The position numbers and the translations under genes are program-made. Shown one piece after another: positions 36,501 to 51,000 of a DNA stretch of 64,000 nt. Each line of letters begins with the position of its first letter. Position 1 is the first letter of the stretch. The notes beneath the pieces are model-generated. The model searched no databases and was not told the DNA's origin. It was given only the letters and a program-made list of their open reading frames with translations. This DNA is from Azolla caroliniana. Lineage: Eukaryota > Plantae > Polypodiophyta. The stretch covers positions 16,244,001 through 16,308,000 of the forward strand of contig JBHGNT010000009.1 of the NCBI GenBank assembly GCA_043228905.1, in the 5' to 3' direction.

Positions 36501-39299
36501 GACCTCATCGTCAGAGCTTGGATTGGAGTCTTGGTTCGGAGTCGGGGGCTGGTACCAGGACGCGGACTCGTCAAACACAACGTCGCGGCTGACACGCGCT
36601 TGTTTGGTGTGAGGGTTATAGCACTTATAACCCTTCTGCTCGTCCGTGTAACCGACCAAGATGCATTTCTCGGCCTTTGCGTCCAGCTTCCTCCTTTTCT
36701 CCTTCGGTACATGCACATACGCAATGCTACCGAACACCCTCAAGTGTCGCAAGTTCAGCTTCGTTCTGAAATATAGCTCGTGCGCCGACACTTTGTTTCC
36801 GATCCGGTTCTGGATATATACCGCGGTCCTTACCGCCTCGGCCCAGTAGAACTTGGGCAAGCTCTTCTCCTCCAGCATTGCCCGTGCCGCTTCCACAATC
36901 GACCGATTCTTCCTCTCGTCCACGCCATTCAGTTCCGGCGTGTATCTACAATTGAATTCGCGCCGAATTCCCATTTGTTGTAGATAACCGTTGAATTGAC
37001 CAGAAAAGTACTCTTTCCCGCCATCCGACCGCAGGCTCTAGATCTTTCGTCCCGTTTCCGTTTCCACGAAACCTTTGAGGTCCCGGAAACAGTCGAAGAC
37101 TTCGCTCTTCCTCTCAATGAGGTAGATCCATGTGTGCCGCGTGTGGTCGTCGATGAAGGACTAACATTTTGTGCCGGCCCCCATACATCGGAGTGCATAA
37201 GGTCGAGCTTGTTCCGGCTCCGGTTTCGCTCGTTGGGGAAAGGAAGTCGGTGTTGCTTCCCGAGCTGGCAGACTTCACAAATTTGTGCCTTTCGGCCACT
37301 AAATTTGGGCAATCCTAACACTACCTGTTTCGATTGCAGATCTTGAAGCCGCTGGTAGTTGACGTGGCCTATCCGCTTGTGCCACAAGTCGATGTCCGAC
37401 TCGGATTTTTGTCCCTTCGCGAACATTGCGGTGCCGCCATCAGTGGAATCGAGGATGAACATCCTCCCGTCTCTGCGCCCTTGCGCAATCACACGGCCTT
37501 CTTCCTCAATGAAGCACCCGAGGTGTGTAAACCGAACCTCCATCCCTTGGTCGACGATCTGTCTGACCGAGACCAAGTTCTTCGTGATTGTCGGAACGTG
37601 CAGCACGTTCATGAGTTTCCCTTTCTGCCCGACATGGCTAAGGGGAACTTCTCTGACAATCGCGATCGGATGCGGAGTGTCATCTCCAGTTGCGACTACT
37701 CCAGGTTGTATCGGTTTTTCAAGGTACGAGAACCACTCCTTATGACTCGTCATGTGGTTCGACGCGCCGGAGTCTACGTACCACACCTCGTCCGATCTCG
37801 GGGTGGTCCATTTCATTGAGTTTGCTTCGTGTCTCGTCACGAAGACAGACCCTTCTCTGGCTCTCCCGGAGTCTTCGGCGTAGTGCGACCGCTGCCGATT
37901 TCCCTTGTCGGTATGTCCGGAGCCGTTTCCGGAACCGGTTCTCTCCGAATCGGCACACTTCTTCCAACACTCACTTTCCCTGTGGCCTTTCTTGCCACAG
38001 TACCAGCACTCCGCGATGGCCTTCCCTTGCCGGTTCTCATCGCTTCGACTCCCCCTGTTTCCGAAGGGTCCGGAGTTGCTGTCGGCATCACTTCGGTGCC
38101 TTCTTCCTTGATCTCGTCGGCCGCCTCCATTGCGCGCCGACTCGCCTCGTCCTCCACGTCCACGGGGCCTATCTCCCTCCGTGTACAACATTCTGCTGTC
38201 GGTGTGCGTGCTTGTAGACGCACCCATGTGGTTCTCCTCTACCAGGAGCATTGACTGTAAGTCGAAAAAGGACGGCGTATTCTCCTGGGTACACACAGCC
38301 GTTCGGAACGCTCCGAACATCGACGCCAAACCTCCGAGACAGATCTGGACTATCTCGCTCTCCTCGATGTTCACCTCTATGGAGGCGAGGGAGTCGCAGA
38401 TATCCTTGATCTTCGAGGTATAGTCCGCCACCGACAAGTCGCGTTGTCGTAGGTTGTTCAACTCCTGTCGGGGCTGAAGCTTCCTGGCTATGGTGCTCAC
38501 GGCGAAAATCTTCTTCAGATTTTCCCACGCACCCTTCGGCGTCTTTGCATCCCGAACATAGCTCAATAGCTGTTCGCCCACACACGACGCGAAGCAGTAT
38601 AATACCCTGCTCGCCGATTGCTCCCACGACGAGAAGTCTCTGTGTGTCGATTCGGGTGCCGCGACATTAGCTCCTTCGACATAACTCTAGTAGTCGTGCT
38701 CGAGCAGGTACTGGTGCATCTTGTAGGACCAAGACGCGTAGTTGGTTCTGTCGAGCTTCTCTGTTGGAAGCGAGCTCTCCATGCCTCTATCCATCGTTCT
38801 TCTTGTTCTTCTTCGTCAAGTTGTGTCGGCTGCAGAGAGGTTCTCAACCCTCGCGCTCTGATACCATGTAAAGAGTAACGTGCGGAAGCAAGTATGAAGA
38901 CCGAACAGAAGGAAGAAAACACAGGTTTAATGGAGAGCTTGAGCTTACGCAGTATACACGGGAGAGACAGAGAGACAGAGAGAGTGATAGAGAGAAAATA
39001 CAAGAACTATATTCGAAAAACTCTATTCACCATTCTCTATACATATGTGTGTTCAATGAACACTTTTATACTAGTCCTAGAAGGACTGACCGAAGTACTG
39101 ACAGTACTTCAATGCTCACTAAGAGCTCCTACACTAACTCCGAAATATATTCCTCACGGAATATCTTTCCTAACGGCCTCCCGGTTTACGCACCGGTCTG
39201 CGTACCGGTTTACGCATTCGGCCTAACCGATCGGTCCCAACCAATCCGGTCCTAGGCTTCTTCAGCCGATCCGGCCGATGTTGAGCTTGTCTCTCAACA
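33561..39299 (-). mobile_element. Copia B: full-length Ty1/Copia element, close relative of Copia A
   Basis: LTRs 33561-34003 and 38867-39299, TSD CTACG, PBS 38855-38866. Long ORFs 36929-38581 (gag, PR, pre-integrase), 36078-36974 (integrase) and 33998-35650 (RT, RNase H, extension). A few stops and a small integrase deletion. Confidence 0.97.
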
Positions 39300-42200
39300 C
39301 TACGGCGTACAATCCGGAGGCGAACGGGAAGGTAGAACGTGGGCACGGGCCGATCGTAAAGGTGTTGGTGCGTGCATGCGGAGGGTAGGTCGGGAATTGG
39401 CCGTGGCTCCTTCATTACGCACTATGGGCGGACCGAACTACGCACAGTTCGGTGACAGGGTTTATGCCGGCAGAGCTGATGTACGGACAGAAGCCGATCA
39501 TGCCGGTGGAACAGACAGTTTCTTCACGGGTGGCGATAGATTGGAAGGACGAGATGAGCCGGGAGGAGTTGTTGGCGGCGCGGATTCGGCAACTCGAGCG
39601 GAGGCCGGAGGACGTGAAACAGGCGAAGGAAAAGCTGCGGGTGGCAAGGGAGCGGAACAAGACCCGGTTCAACCGGACGCACCGGTTGCGACCAAAGAAG
39701 ATCGAGGAAGGCGATTGGGTCTTGGTATATGACAACAACCTCGACAATCAGCACAAGGCGGTGTGAAAGTTCGCTAGGAGATGGTTCGGGCCCTACACGG
39801 TGACGAGCGCGAACGACAACGACATGTACCACCTAGCGGAACTCAACGGGACACGGTTAGCGGTACTAGTGGCCGGGAAGCGGATCAAAGCGTTCAAGAA
39901 GCGGTTCGAAGACGAGCCGGAGCCGACGAACGAGAGTGACGACAACGATCGGTTCGGGCCCGGCGAAGAATCGGAGAGCGACGAGTGAAGCCTGTTTTCT
40001 TCGGTATCTACCCGTCTTTGGCGCATGCCGGTGGATGCGCGGTTTGGTGGGGGTGGATGTCGTGAAGAAAACCAGACATGGGCGGAATCGGAGAAAAAGG
40101 CGCGTGAACCGGCTCTTACACAAGTGGACGCGAGAATTGAGATTTTGTACATAACTCGTAATTAGGTCGACTAATGCAAATACTAGGTAGTACACATTTA
40201 TCAGGGGATTGTGTGTATCTCTATCGAAAGGGACAGGGAATAGAGCGGTTTGACTAGGGAGAAATGGGCACCCCCTTTTTGCGAACTAGGGAAGGAGGGA
40301 GAGAAGGAAGAAAAGGGATCACACGTTAGGGAGGAGGAACTGTTGCAGGACCGAGGGCCGAGCTCTCTCTCCTCTTTCGATCGTCATTCTTTGTGGGTGC
40401 TGGGAGTTCAACGCCTCTGCTTCGTGGGTAGCCCGTGCACTGCCAGCAGAGGCTCTCCCTTCTACGCTCTCTTTTTTTGGGGGTCTAGTGTGTTCTGTCT
40501 GTGTGTGTGAGTAGGATCCCCGTGTCGGGTCCATCGCCGCCTTGCTAGTTGTAATCGTCAGAGTTCGTAATCTCTTGATACTGTAATCGATTGTTACTGT
40601 AATTAAGTGTTCCGTTTCCTTATCTTTCCTTCTCGCTTCTGCGTATCTGCAAATCCTTGCTCCTCATCTTCTCTCTCTGTCTCTCACGCTCCTCGGTTCA
40701 AGGCCCCCGTGGTCCCGCCTCTTTCTACACGCACGTGACACCGGTCAACTTGCGTGCCCATGCAGCCCTTCTTAGCTCCCTTGTTGTCGCGGTGTTGGCG
40801 CTTCTTCTACGACCCTCTCTTCCGCTTGGCCCTCAGTTGATTCAACGTATTCGAATCAAACATCCAAACCAACTCGGCTTCCTTCGATAGGTTTTCGATC
40901 TCGTCCGAGTTGGCTGTCTCCAAATCGTCTTCGGTCTTCTCGCCCTAGATGGCTTCGTCTCCCCCAAGCTTGGTTGGCTTCGGCTCTTTCTTTCGACTGC
41001 TCCCCGTTTGTCTGCTTTCGGAATCTTCCACGGACTCGGCGTCACTGTCTCTTCTGGAGTCTCTTCCGCTCCTTTCCTGCTCTCTTCCATGGTCATCCGG
41101 GACTTCTCTCCCCCTCAAGTTCGGCACATCGAGGTGTCGCAACCCAAGCACACTTGAGAATTGCCGTAACTTGTCAAGACCAAGGGGCTTGGTGAAGATG
41201 TCAGCGGTCTGCCGATCCGTCGGAACATACCGAAGTTCGACTTAACCGGAGAGTACACGCTCGTGGACAAAATGGTAGTGCGCCTCAATGTGCTTAGTCC
41301 GGGCGTGGAAGACGTGGTTCTTTGCTAGCTAGATGTTGCTGAGGTTGTCATAGTAAATTGTTGTTGGATCGGATACCTCCACCTGCAGATCCTTAAGTAG
41401 ATGCTTCAACCATATGGCTTCGCATGTCGCGACAACCACTCCTCTATACTCGGCTTCGGTGCTCGACAACGCAAATGTCGGTTGTTTCATGCTACTCCAC
41501 ACAATCGTGGCACTCCCAAGAGAGAACGCGAAACCGGACATGGATCGGCGATCAATGACGTTGTCGGCCCAATCGGCATTGGTGTAGCCGACCAACTACG
41601 GGGCTGTACCGGTCTGATATAGTAGCCCCCAATCCTTAGTGTTGCTTACGTACCGTAGTACGCGTTGCGCACACTGAAGGTGCTCCTCAATAGGTCGCGC
41701 CATGAATTGACTAATCACCCCGACCGGGTAGCTGAGATCTGGTCGGGTGATGGTCAAGTATATAAGGCTTCAGACTATCGGTCGGAACCTCGTCGGGTTG
41801 CATACCTTTCCGGAATCGGCGCGAAGCTTACGGTTCTATCTAGAGGAGTCGAGATGGACTTACAGTCAGCCATCCCGAATTTGAAGAGCATACTCAGCAC
41901 GTAATGCCGTTGGCTGATTAGTATGCCTTTGGGGGTACAGATCACTTCGATCCCGAGGAAGTAATGAAGGTCCCCCAGGTCCTTCATGTCAAATGATGCC
42001 GCGAGCTAGAGCTTTACACGGTCAATTTCACCAAGGTCGGCACCGGTGATGACCAAGTCATCAACATAAAGTAAAATACTAACTAGCCCGAGTCGACCTT
42101 TCTGGATGAACAGTGAGGAGTCCGATTTTGACGTCGCAAAGCCCATTCGACGCAATTGTTGCGTGATCTTCGCGTTCCAGGCACGCGGGGCTTGCTTTAG

Positions 42201-45200
42201 TTCGTAAAGGGACTTCTTCAATCGGCACACCACCGAAGTGTTCGTTTCGAAGTGAAATCCGAGGGGTTGTACCATGTACACCTGTTCCACAAGCTCACCT
42301 TGCAGGAACGCATTCTTTACATCCATTTGATGTAAGTGCCACCCCTTTGCCGCAGCTACCGTGAGCAAAACATGGACGATAGTCATCTTCGCAACCGGAG
42401 CAAACGTCTCATCATAGTCGAAGCCGTGTTGCTGCATGTAGCCTTTCGCTACTAACCGGGCCTTGTATCGGTTGACTAAGCTGTCGGTGTTGTACTTGAC
42501 CTTGTACACCCACTTACATCCGATCGGCTTCACACCTTTCAGTGCGTCAACCAGGTCCCAGGTTTTATTTTCTGCCAATGCGCGCATCTCTTCCTCGATT
42601 GCGGCACGCCAATTCGTGTCCTTCACCGCTTCTGCGTAGCTCTCCGGCTCATGCACTTCCACTACACAAGTCATGTACGCATTGTGATGCGCCATGTACT
42701 CGTTGTATCTGAACCGCACAACAGGGTTCTTTTGGCGGGTAGATCGGCGTAATTGTTCATTAGCCAATGTTGAGGCTTTCTTAGCCGACGCGGACTTCGC
42801 TCTTGAAGACCCGTCATCACTGCCCTCGGAGTCGGACTTGCGTCGATCCGACTCGTTCCTATCCGTGACATAATCCGACACCTTCTTCTTCCCTTTTTCC
42901 TTGTGTGTAAGCCGTCTCCTCGACTTCCTGCGCGGGGAATGCATGGCTGAGTCTCCACTACTCGCCGGCTCTTCATCGGACTTGTTGAACCGACTCAGTC
43001 ATCCATTCGGTCCGCTTAACCGAAACGAAATCGGACTCTCTTTGCGGGTCCCGATTTCAGGCTCATCCGGAGGCATCTTGGCCTCGCTGACCTCATCATC
43101 AGAACTTGGATTGGAGGTGAGGTCCGGAGTCGGAGGCAAGTACCAGGACGCGGACTCGTCAAACACAACGTCGCGGCTCACGCACGCTTGTTTGGTGCGA
43201 GGGTTATAACACTTATAACCCTTCTGCTCGTCCGAATATCCGACTAAGATACACTTCTCGGCTTTCGTGTCCAGCTTCCTCCGCTTCTCTTTCGGTACAT
43301 GTACATACGCAATGCTACCGAAAACTCTCAAGTGTCGTAGGTTCGGTTTCCTTCCGAAATACAGCTCATGCGCCGATACTTTGCCTCCGATCCGATTCTG
43401 GATGTATACCGTGGTTCGTACCGCCTCGGCCCAATAGAACTTGGGTAAGCTCTTTTCTTCCAGCATTGCCCGTGCCACTTCCACAACCGACTGATTTTTC
43501 CTTTCGGCCACGCCGTTTTGCTCTGGCGTATATCTGCAACTGAATTCGCGTCGAATTCCCATCTGTTGTAGATACCCGTTGAATTGACTGGAAAAGTACT
43601 CTTTTCCGCCATCCGACTGCAAGCACTTGATCTTTCTTCCTGTTTCCCTTTTGACGAAACTCTTGAGGTCCTAACACAGTCGAAGACTTCACGCTTCTTC
43701 TCAATGAGGTAGATCCACATGTGCCGCATATAGTCGTCGATGAAGGAGACAAAATATCGACTCCCGCCAAGACTAACGTTCTGTGCCGGACCCCATACAT
43801 CGAAATGTATCAAGTCAAGCTTGTTCCGGCTCTGGTTACACTCGTTGGGGAAAGGAAGTCGATGTTGCTTCCCTAGCTGGCAGGCTTCACAAATTTGTGC
43901 CTTCCGGCCACTAAATTTGGGCAATCTGAACACCACCTGTTTCAATTGCAGGTCCTCAAGACGTTGATAGTTGATGTGGCCTATCCGCTTGTGCCATAAG
44001 TCGATATCCAACTTGACTTTTTGTCCTTTCGCGAACATTGCGGTGCCACCGTCACTAGAGTCGAGGATAAACATCCTCCCATCTTTGTGCCCTTGCGCAA
44101 TAACTCGGCCTTCTTCCTCGATGAAGCACCTGAGATGTGTGAACCGAACCTACATCCCCTGGTCGACAATCTGTCTGACCGACACCAGGTTCTTCGTGAT
44201 TGTTGGAATGTGTAACACGTTCATGAGTTTCCCTTTTTGACCGACATGGCTCAAGGGAACTTCACCAATATTCGCGATCAGATGTGGAGTGTCGTCTCCG
44301 GTTGTGACTACTCCCGGTTGCATCGGTTTCTCAAGGTACGAGAACCACTCCTTGTGGCACGTCATATGGTTTGACACGCCGGAGTCGACGTACCACACCT
44401 CGTTCGATTTCGGGGTGTACTTCTTCATCGATTTCGCTTCGTGTCTCGTCACAAAGACTGACCCTTTTCCGGCTTTTCCGGATCCTTCGGCGTAGTGCGA
44501 TCGTTGCCGATTACCCTTGACGGTCTGTTTGGAACCTGATCCGGACCTGGTTCTCTCCGAATCGGCGCGCTTTTTCCAGCATTTTCTCTCCTTGTGGCCT
44601 TTCTTGCCACAGTACCAACATTCCGTGGCAGATTTCCCTTGCCAGTTGTCATCGCCTCGACTCCCCCTATTTCCGAAGGGTCCGGAGTTGCTGTCAGCAT
44701 CACTTCGGTGCCTTCTCCCTTGATCCCGTCGGCCACCTCCTTTGCGCACCAACTCGCCTCGTCCGCCACGACCACGGGGCCTATCTCCCTTTGTGTACAA
44801 CATCTTGCTATCAGCATGCGTGCTCTTCGACGCACCCGCGTGGGTCTCCTTTATAAGGAGCATCAACTGTAGGTCGAAAAATGACGGCGTATTCTCCTGT
44901 GTACACACAGCAGTTCGGAATGCTCTGAACTTTGACGCTAGTCCCCTGTGACAGATCTGCACCATCTCACCTTCCTCGACGTTCACATCGATAGAGGCTA
45001 AGGAGTCGCATATCTCTTTGATCTTTGAGGTGTAATCAACCACCGACAAGTCGCGTTGTCGTAGGTTTCTCAGCTCCTGTCGGACTTGAAGCTTCTTGGT
45101 TGTAGAACTTGCGGAGAAAATCTTCTTCAAATTTCCCCAAGCATCTTTTGGCGTTTTTGCATCCCGAATGTAGCTTAGGAGTTGTTCGCCCACACAAGAC

Positions 45201-45576
45201 GCGAAGTAGTACAATACTCTGCTCACCGATTGTTCCTACGCTGGGAAATCTCTGTGTGTCGATTCGGGTGCTGTGTCATTTGCTCCTTCGACATAGCTCT
45301 AGTAACCGTGCCCGAGCAAGTACTAGTGCATCTTGTAGGATCAAGATGCATAATTGTTTCTGTCGAGTTTCTCCGTCGGAAGCGAGCTAACCATGCCTCT
45401 ATCCATCGGTTTTACTTGTTCTTCTTGGTTGGTTTTCATTTCAAACTATGTCGATTGCAGAGGTTCTCAACCCTCGCGCTCTGATACCATGTAAAGAATA
45501 GTGTGCGGAAGCAAGTAGAAAACCGAACAAAGGAAATGCGCAGGTTTAATGGAGAGCTTGAATATACACAGTATGT

Positions 45577-45633
<57 letters not shown>

Positions 45634-46097
45634 CACACAGAAAATCAATTCAAAATAATACTCAATCTGTACATAAGATGTGCTCAGTGAGCACTTCTAT
45701 ACAAGTCCATACGGACTGATAGAAGTATTGACACGTACTTCAATGCTCATAACTGAGCTCTGCACTAACTCCCAAAATATATTCCTACGTGGAATATCTT
45801 TCCAACAACCTTGCAGTTTACGCACCGCTACAGCTTCTCGTTACGCTCTAGTTTGCGTACCGGTTTACGCACCCATTTTACGCACCAGTCCGGCCTAACC
45901 GATCGGTCCCAACCGATCCGGTTCTCGGCTTGCACAGCCGATCCGGCCAATGTTGAGCTTGTATCTCAACAATGATGTCGATGAAGCACCGAATGCATGT
46001 CGTCGTCTTCATATGCATTACCTCCCACGTCGTGGCATCAATCTTGTCTAGTTTCTTGTCCCCGAATTGTACCGGCAACCAGAGATCTTTGACCATG

Positions 46098-46972
46098 AGC
46101 AGTAAGAAGCAGCCGACAATCGCATTGTCAAGCATGGAAACCGAATACAAGGACACGACAGTCGCCGCATGCGAAGCCGTATGGCTCAAGTGCATATTGA
46201 AGGATCTGGGTGTATCCATTACGGATCCAATTCGCCTCTTCTGCGACAACATGAGCAGTATCTACCTCGCTCGGAACCTTGTCTTCCACGCGTGGACTAA
46301 ACACATCTAAGTGCACTACCACTTCATCCGTGAGCGCGTACAAGCTGGAGACATCGATCTACAACATATTAGTACGCACCTCCAGATTGCTTATATTTTT
46401 ATGAAGGCCTTAGGAGTCGACAAGCTCGGGCAATTCGCATCGGACCTTGGTCTCACGACATCCACATTGTCGAGCTTGAGGGGGAGTACTACAGGCGACA
46501 TGGACGTAACAGAGAACGATACGTAAGTACGCAACACATAGTTAATCGAATCGAGCACGAAGCCAAAAAGCCGAACAATCTAGTTCGAGGATTACGATCG
46601 CCGAAAGCCGGATTCCGAAGACCGAACTGAAACAACTCTTTCAACAGATGGAAGTTGTGTTCGAAGGGGCGTGTTGAGAGTCGAACTCAACTTCCCACAG
46701 TAATAGGTTTCACACTAGCTCATGGACATACTAGGCTAGTTTTGTAAATAGTAGAAAGGGCACTTACCCTAACTTAGTTGGTATTTAAACCAACTCCTTG
46801 TAACTTAGTTACTGTTGGAAGTATTTTGGTTAATGTAATTTATAGTCTTTTATCTCTGTCTTAAGCTCTCTCTTTCTCTCTCTCTCTCTTTGTTTTACCT
46901 TACGTGCATACATACACACACACATAGTCCTTCGGCTATATCTCAGTCACTCTTGCTCCTCATTTATTTACA
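46098..46972 (+). mobile_element. Copia 3' fragment (RNase H, PPT, LTR 46672-46972)
   Basis: SKKQPTIALSSMETEY, CDNMSSI, HYHFIRE. GAAGGGGCG|TGTTGAG at the LTR start, ending ...TTTACA. Confidence 0.85.
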
Positions 46973-46974
46973 CA

Positions 46975-47730
46975 CCGAAATTATTAAGGATGAAGAAGGC
47001 AATCAAGTTCAATCCATTGTGGTTCATTGGTATCATACCTCTTCCCCAAATGCATTTATTGGGAAGTACTCTTTAGAGATGGTTAAGGATGTCGGAGGCA
47101 CAAGTAGAAAGTGGAGAAGAAAGAATCTATCCAGCATGTCTACTCTGACACTTGATAATGTAGACATACTAGTCTATGACGTCTCCTTGACCAAAACAGG
47201 CCATCTAAGATAGACCACAATCAAGATAATAAAAGAGAAGAACCCTTATGTGCCTCATGACGCAACACAGAGACGAACAAGGAGTATGTCTTATAATCAC
47301 GGTGACTTTGGATTGCAATTGGATGAAGACAATGCATTGGTTGCTAGTGATGATGAGGATGAGACCTCACAAAGCTCTTCTAGTTCATCGGATGGGTCTG
47401 AAAGGGAAGGTGTATCTTTGGGAAGTGATAGTTTTGACATATGAAATGCAAATATTGTACTTTACATCAAGATGGTGATTCACGAATATGTACAAATGTA
47501 AGTGGTAGTTCTTTTGTAAATTTCGTACATTCTTTTGTAAGTTTCACATGACGATTATTTAGGCATTTTTTGGAAAGCCCTAAATTTCTGGACATGGTAT
47601 AAATCAATATATTTTGACTCAATTTTCAAAAATCTTTACGCATGTGATACCCCTTTTTGTGAAATGACCTACTTTGTGCCTCTTTTGGACGAACAATTCT
47701 TAAAATGCGACATATTACTTGCGTTCAATA
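46975..47730 (+). mobile_element. Right end of a second member of the 29045-33060 TIR family, with a better-preserved coding relic
   Basis: Aligns by eye to 32380-33050 (TTGACCAAAACA...TAGACCACAAT, TTGGATTGCAATTGGAT, TTATTTAGGCATTTTTT). Ends in AAAATGCGACATATTAC. Peptide VVHWYHT...GKYSLE...YDVSLTKTGHLR*TTIKII. Confidence 0.8.
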
Positions 47731-48040
47731 GAATTAACTTAAATCCTTAATTATTCATAAACCAAGAATATGAAGTAAACATTAAGAAATCACAAAAGGA
47801 ATGTTATCAACCGAGTCATTCCATTCCTCATCCATTAACATACATGCATCCACTCAAGCTTTTGAAGATGTTACAAAGATTAGATAAGCTTAGGGTGATC
47901 TAGATAGGTTAATGAGAAAGATTAAGATATAAGAGACTTAGAGACCTCTGGCTTAACTTGAGATTCCAAAAACAAGTACAGTTCTTTTACATTTTAGCTA
48001 TTTATATATTTGCCCAATAAGTATTATTCTCTAAGGTTCT

Positions 48041-51000
48041 TGTTGAGAATCAAGCTCAACATAGTGCAACGTTGAACACACCTTTTGAGAATCTATGATT
48101 ACTCAAAGGTCAAGAGTCACACCACTATCTCTCTACACATTAACTATGTGTCATAGAATCATATTCTTGACACATAACTAATGAGTTACATATTCCCCAT
48201 GACTATGAGTCTTCACATTCCCCAAGAGAGAGTGGTTGTTGTAGTTAGTTAATGAAGAGAGAGAGGGTGACTATATATAAAGCACCCTTCTCATATTTCA
48301 TACTAAGTTGGTTGTGACCCCTTGTAATGCTACATTTTTGTATCTCTTACTTTACTTGTGAATATACACCTTCTTGAGTATTCCGTTTTCTATCTATCTT
48401 GTGTTCTCTATTCTCACCTCTAATTCCTCTCACATACACATAACACACATCTCTTCCACTACACAAGAATCATGCCCGATTCTTTACATGGTATCAGAGC
48501 GGTTTGGTAGCTCGATCTAACCCATCTGCGTGTGTTGTCTTCTACACCGACGTTCAAGAAGAACTGGCTCATCGCTATCATATTGCGACTACATAGCTCG
48601 TGTTCGAGAGAGAAGGAAAAGAAGAAAGAAAGCTTCATCGACAATAAATACTCAAATGGGGAGCGCTCTCCCTAGCGAGAAGCTAGATCGAAACAACTTT
48701 GCATCTTGGGAGTACAAGATACACCAATACCTTGTCGGCCAAGGCTATTGGGGTTACATCAAAGGAGCACAAGAAAACTGACCCGACCCAAAATATGCCG
48801 ACTATGCAACATGGGAGCAAGCGGCAGGGCGAGTGATGTATTGCTTGGTGACATGTGTTCACGACCACATGCTCGGCTACATTTGAGAAGCCGAGATGCC
48901 AAAGGAAGCGTGGGAGAATCTACAAAAGATTTTGGCCGCCAACACAACCGCGAGAAAGTTTCAACTCCGCCAAGAGTTGAACAACATCCAACAAAGGGAT
49001 ATGTTCATCATGAGCTTTGCGACTGCTCAGCTTGATAAGCGTCAATGTGGACGATGATGAGATGGTGAAAATATGCCTCGACTGCCTTGCACCACGGTTC
49101 AGCATGATGAGGACCATCGTATTAGGACAGGAATCCGCCCTCCTTCTTCGATCTTCAATCCATGTTGTTGGTCGAAGAAAACCATGTTTGAACAAGGAGC
49201 AACGCCTCGGAAGGCCACATGCTCTAAACACATTCGAACGGAGGAAGAGGACGCGGCCAAGCAAGAGGCCGATTTGGCCAAGGACGAGGCGGACGAGGTT
49301 CGACTTACGAAAACAACTCGCAATTTCGGCACCAAGACGGAAGCCATTGAGGAACCTTCGGAAGAAGGGGGAGCTTCCATTCCGGTCCAAGCGGACAAAA
49401 CTCGGTCGAATGCAGATATTGCAAAAAAATTGGTCACCACAAAGAAGACTGGCGTACGAAGATATGTGAGTCGGCTTCGACAAGCCGACAACTCACCAAT
49501 TACGCCACCAACTCCGACTATGACGAACATGGTGAAATGTTCGTGATGAGACATAAAGCAAATTCTATGTCGGCTTCTATTTCGAATAACGCATCTAGTC
49601 CGGAAGACATATGGTTCGTCGACTCCGGTGCCTCGAACCATATGACATCTCATCAAGAATGGTTCCCAACACTTTGAGAGCTAGACCAACTCGGCTATGT
49701 CAAAACCGGAGACAACACTACGCATCCGATTTGACGCATCGGCAATGTCCCATTCGGCAAAGAAGGTAATCAAACTTTCATTAAAAATGTCTTGCATGTA
49801 CCAACCATTACGAAGAATTTGGTCTGCATTGGCCAAATTGTTGAGCAAGGGATGCAAGTACGATTTAATCAAGGTGGTTGCTTCATCGAAAAAGAGGACC
49901 GACTCATTGCTCGCGGACGAAGAGAGGGACGAATGTTCATTCTCGACTCACACGAGATGAAATCGGCCATGTTCGCAAATGGCACGAAAGCAGATTCCGA
50001 CATAGAGTTATGGCACAAGCCAATTGGCCATGTCAACCTCCAAAAGCTCAAGGCAATGCAATCAAAAGGATTCGTCATCGGGCTCCCGACATTCACGAAG
50101 AAAGAGATTGAAGGTGTGTGCCGCTTGCCAATTCGGCAAGCCACATCGGCACCCATTTCCGAAGGAGAAAAACGTGAGGAAAGGCGTACTCAACGTAATT
50201 CGTTCCGATGTATGGGGTTCGGCTTAGACGGCTACACTCGGTGGATGCCGATACTACGTGGCCTTCATCAACGACTTCTCCAGGCACACCTAGATCTACC
50301 CCATGCGGCAAAAGAACAAAGTGTTCGAACACTTCCAAAAATTTAAGAATGAAGTTGAGAAAGCCACGGGCCGACATGTATGATGTCTTCGGTCGGATGG
50401 AGGAAAAGAGTACTTCTCCGACGAATTTACGACGTATCTCTGAAAGGAAGAAATACAACGGGAATTCTCATGCTGACACCCACCTCAACAAAACGGTGTA
50501 GCTGAATGAAAGAATCGACACATCCTCAAAGTAGCACGGGCCATGATGAACGAAAAGCATCTACCAAAATCGTATTGGGCAAAAGCGGCTAACACGTCCG
50601 TATACCTCATGAATCGGTGTATGACATCGGGTGTGCACAAACTTACTATGCATGAGAAGTTTTTCGGGAAGAAGCTGGATCGATCACATGTTCGGATATT
50701 CGGCTCCATTGCATACGTGCACATCTCCAACGAAAAGCGACAAAAGCTTGACCCAAAGTCGAAGAAATGTATCCTCGTAGGATACCCACTAGACTAAAAG
50801 GGGTACAAGTGCTATAACCCCTCTACTCGGAAGGTTCGAATAAGTCGAGACGTCGTTTTTTACGAGTCCCCATCCGGGTATGCACCAGAGTCAACTTCAA
50901 CTCCAATTCCGCTCGACCCGGAATCCGCCAAAATAGAGATAGAAGCCGAAGATCGGCTCACACGGATGTTTGAAGAAAGCCCGATTATGACAAGGCTTAG

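Larger units (their letters stand above)
24078..40740 (+). mobile_element. GC-rich non-chromovirus Ty3/Gypsy element with tRNA-Trp PBS, carrying two nested insertions
   Basis: LTRs 24078-24774 and 40058-40740, TSD C(T/C)GG. Gag CMWCDAIGHIRKDC, protease LVDHGSEIN, RT DLYSGYDQ and FLDD, RNase H VDTSPTG and ETDC. Integrase pieces at 28840-29044, 33064-33560 and 39300-39990 (WFGPY). Stops and frameshifts are present. Confidence 0.93.
23523..45971 (-). mobile_element. Copia A: full-length Ty1/Copia element split by a nested Gypsy
   Basis: LTRs 23523-23954 and 45490-45971, TSD ATGAT, PBS GCTCTGATACCA ending at 45489, PPT CCCCCCTCAA after 23954. Gag-pol fragments at 40840-45390 include [36 protein letters not shown] and YVDDL. 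Confidence 0.95.

Noticed and set aside
24677-45484. Many overlapping antisense and alternative-frame ORFs
   Set aside because: They are shadow ORFs of GC-rich retroelement sequence with no independent motifs.
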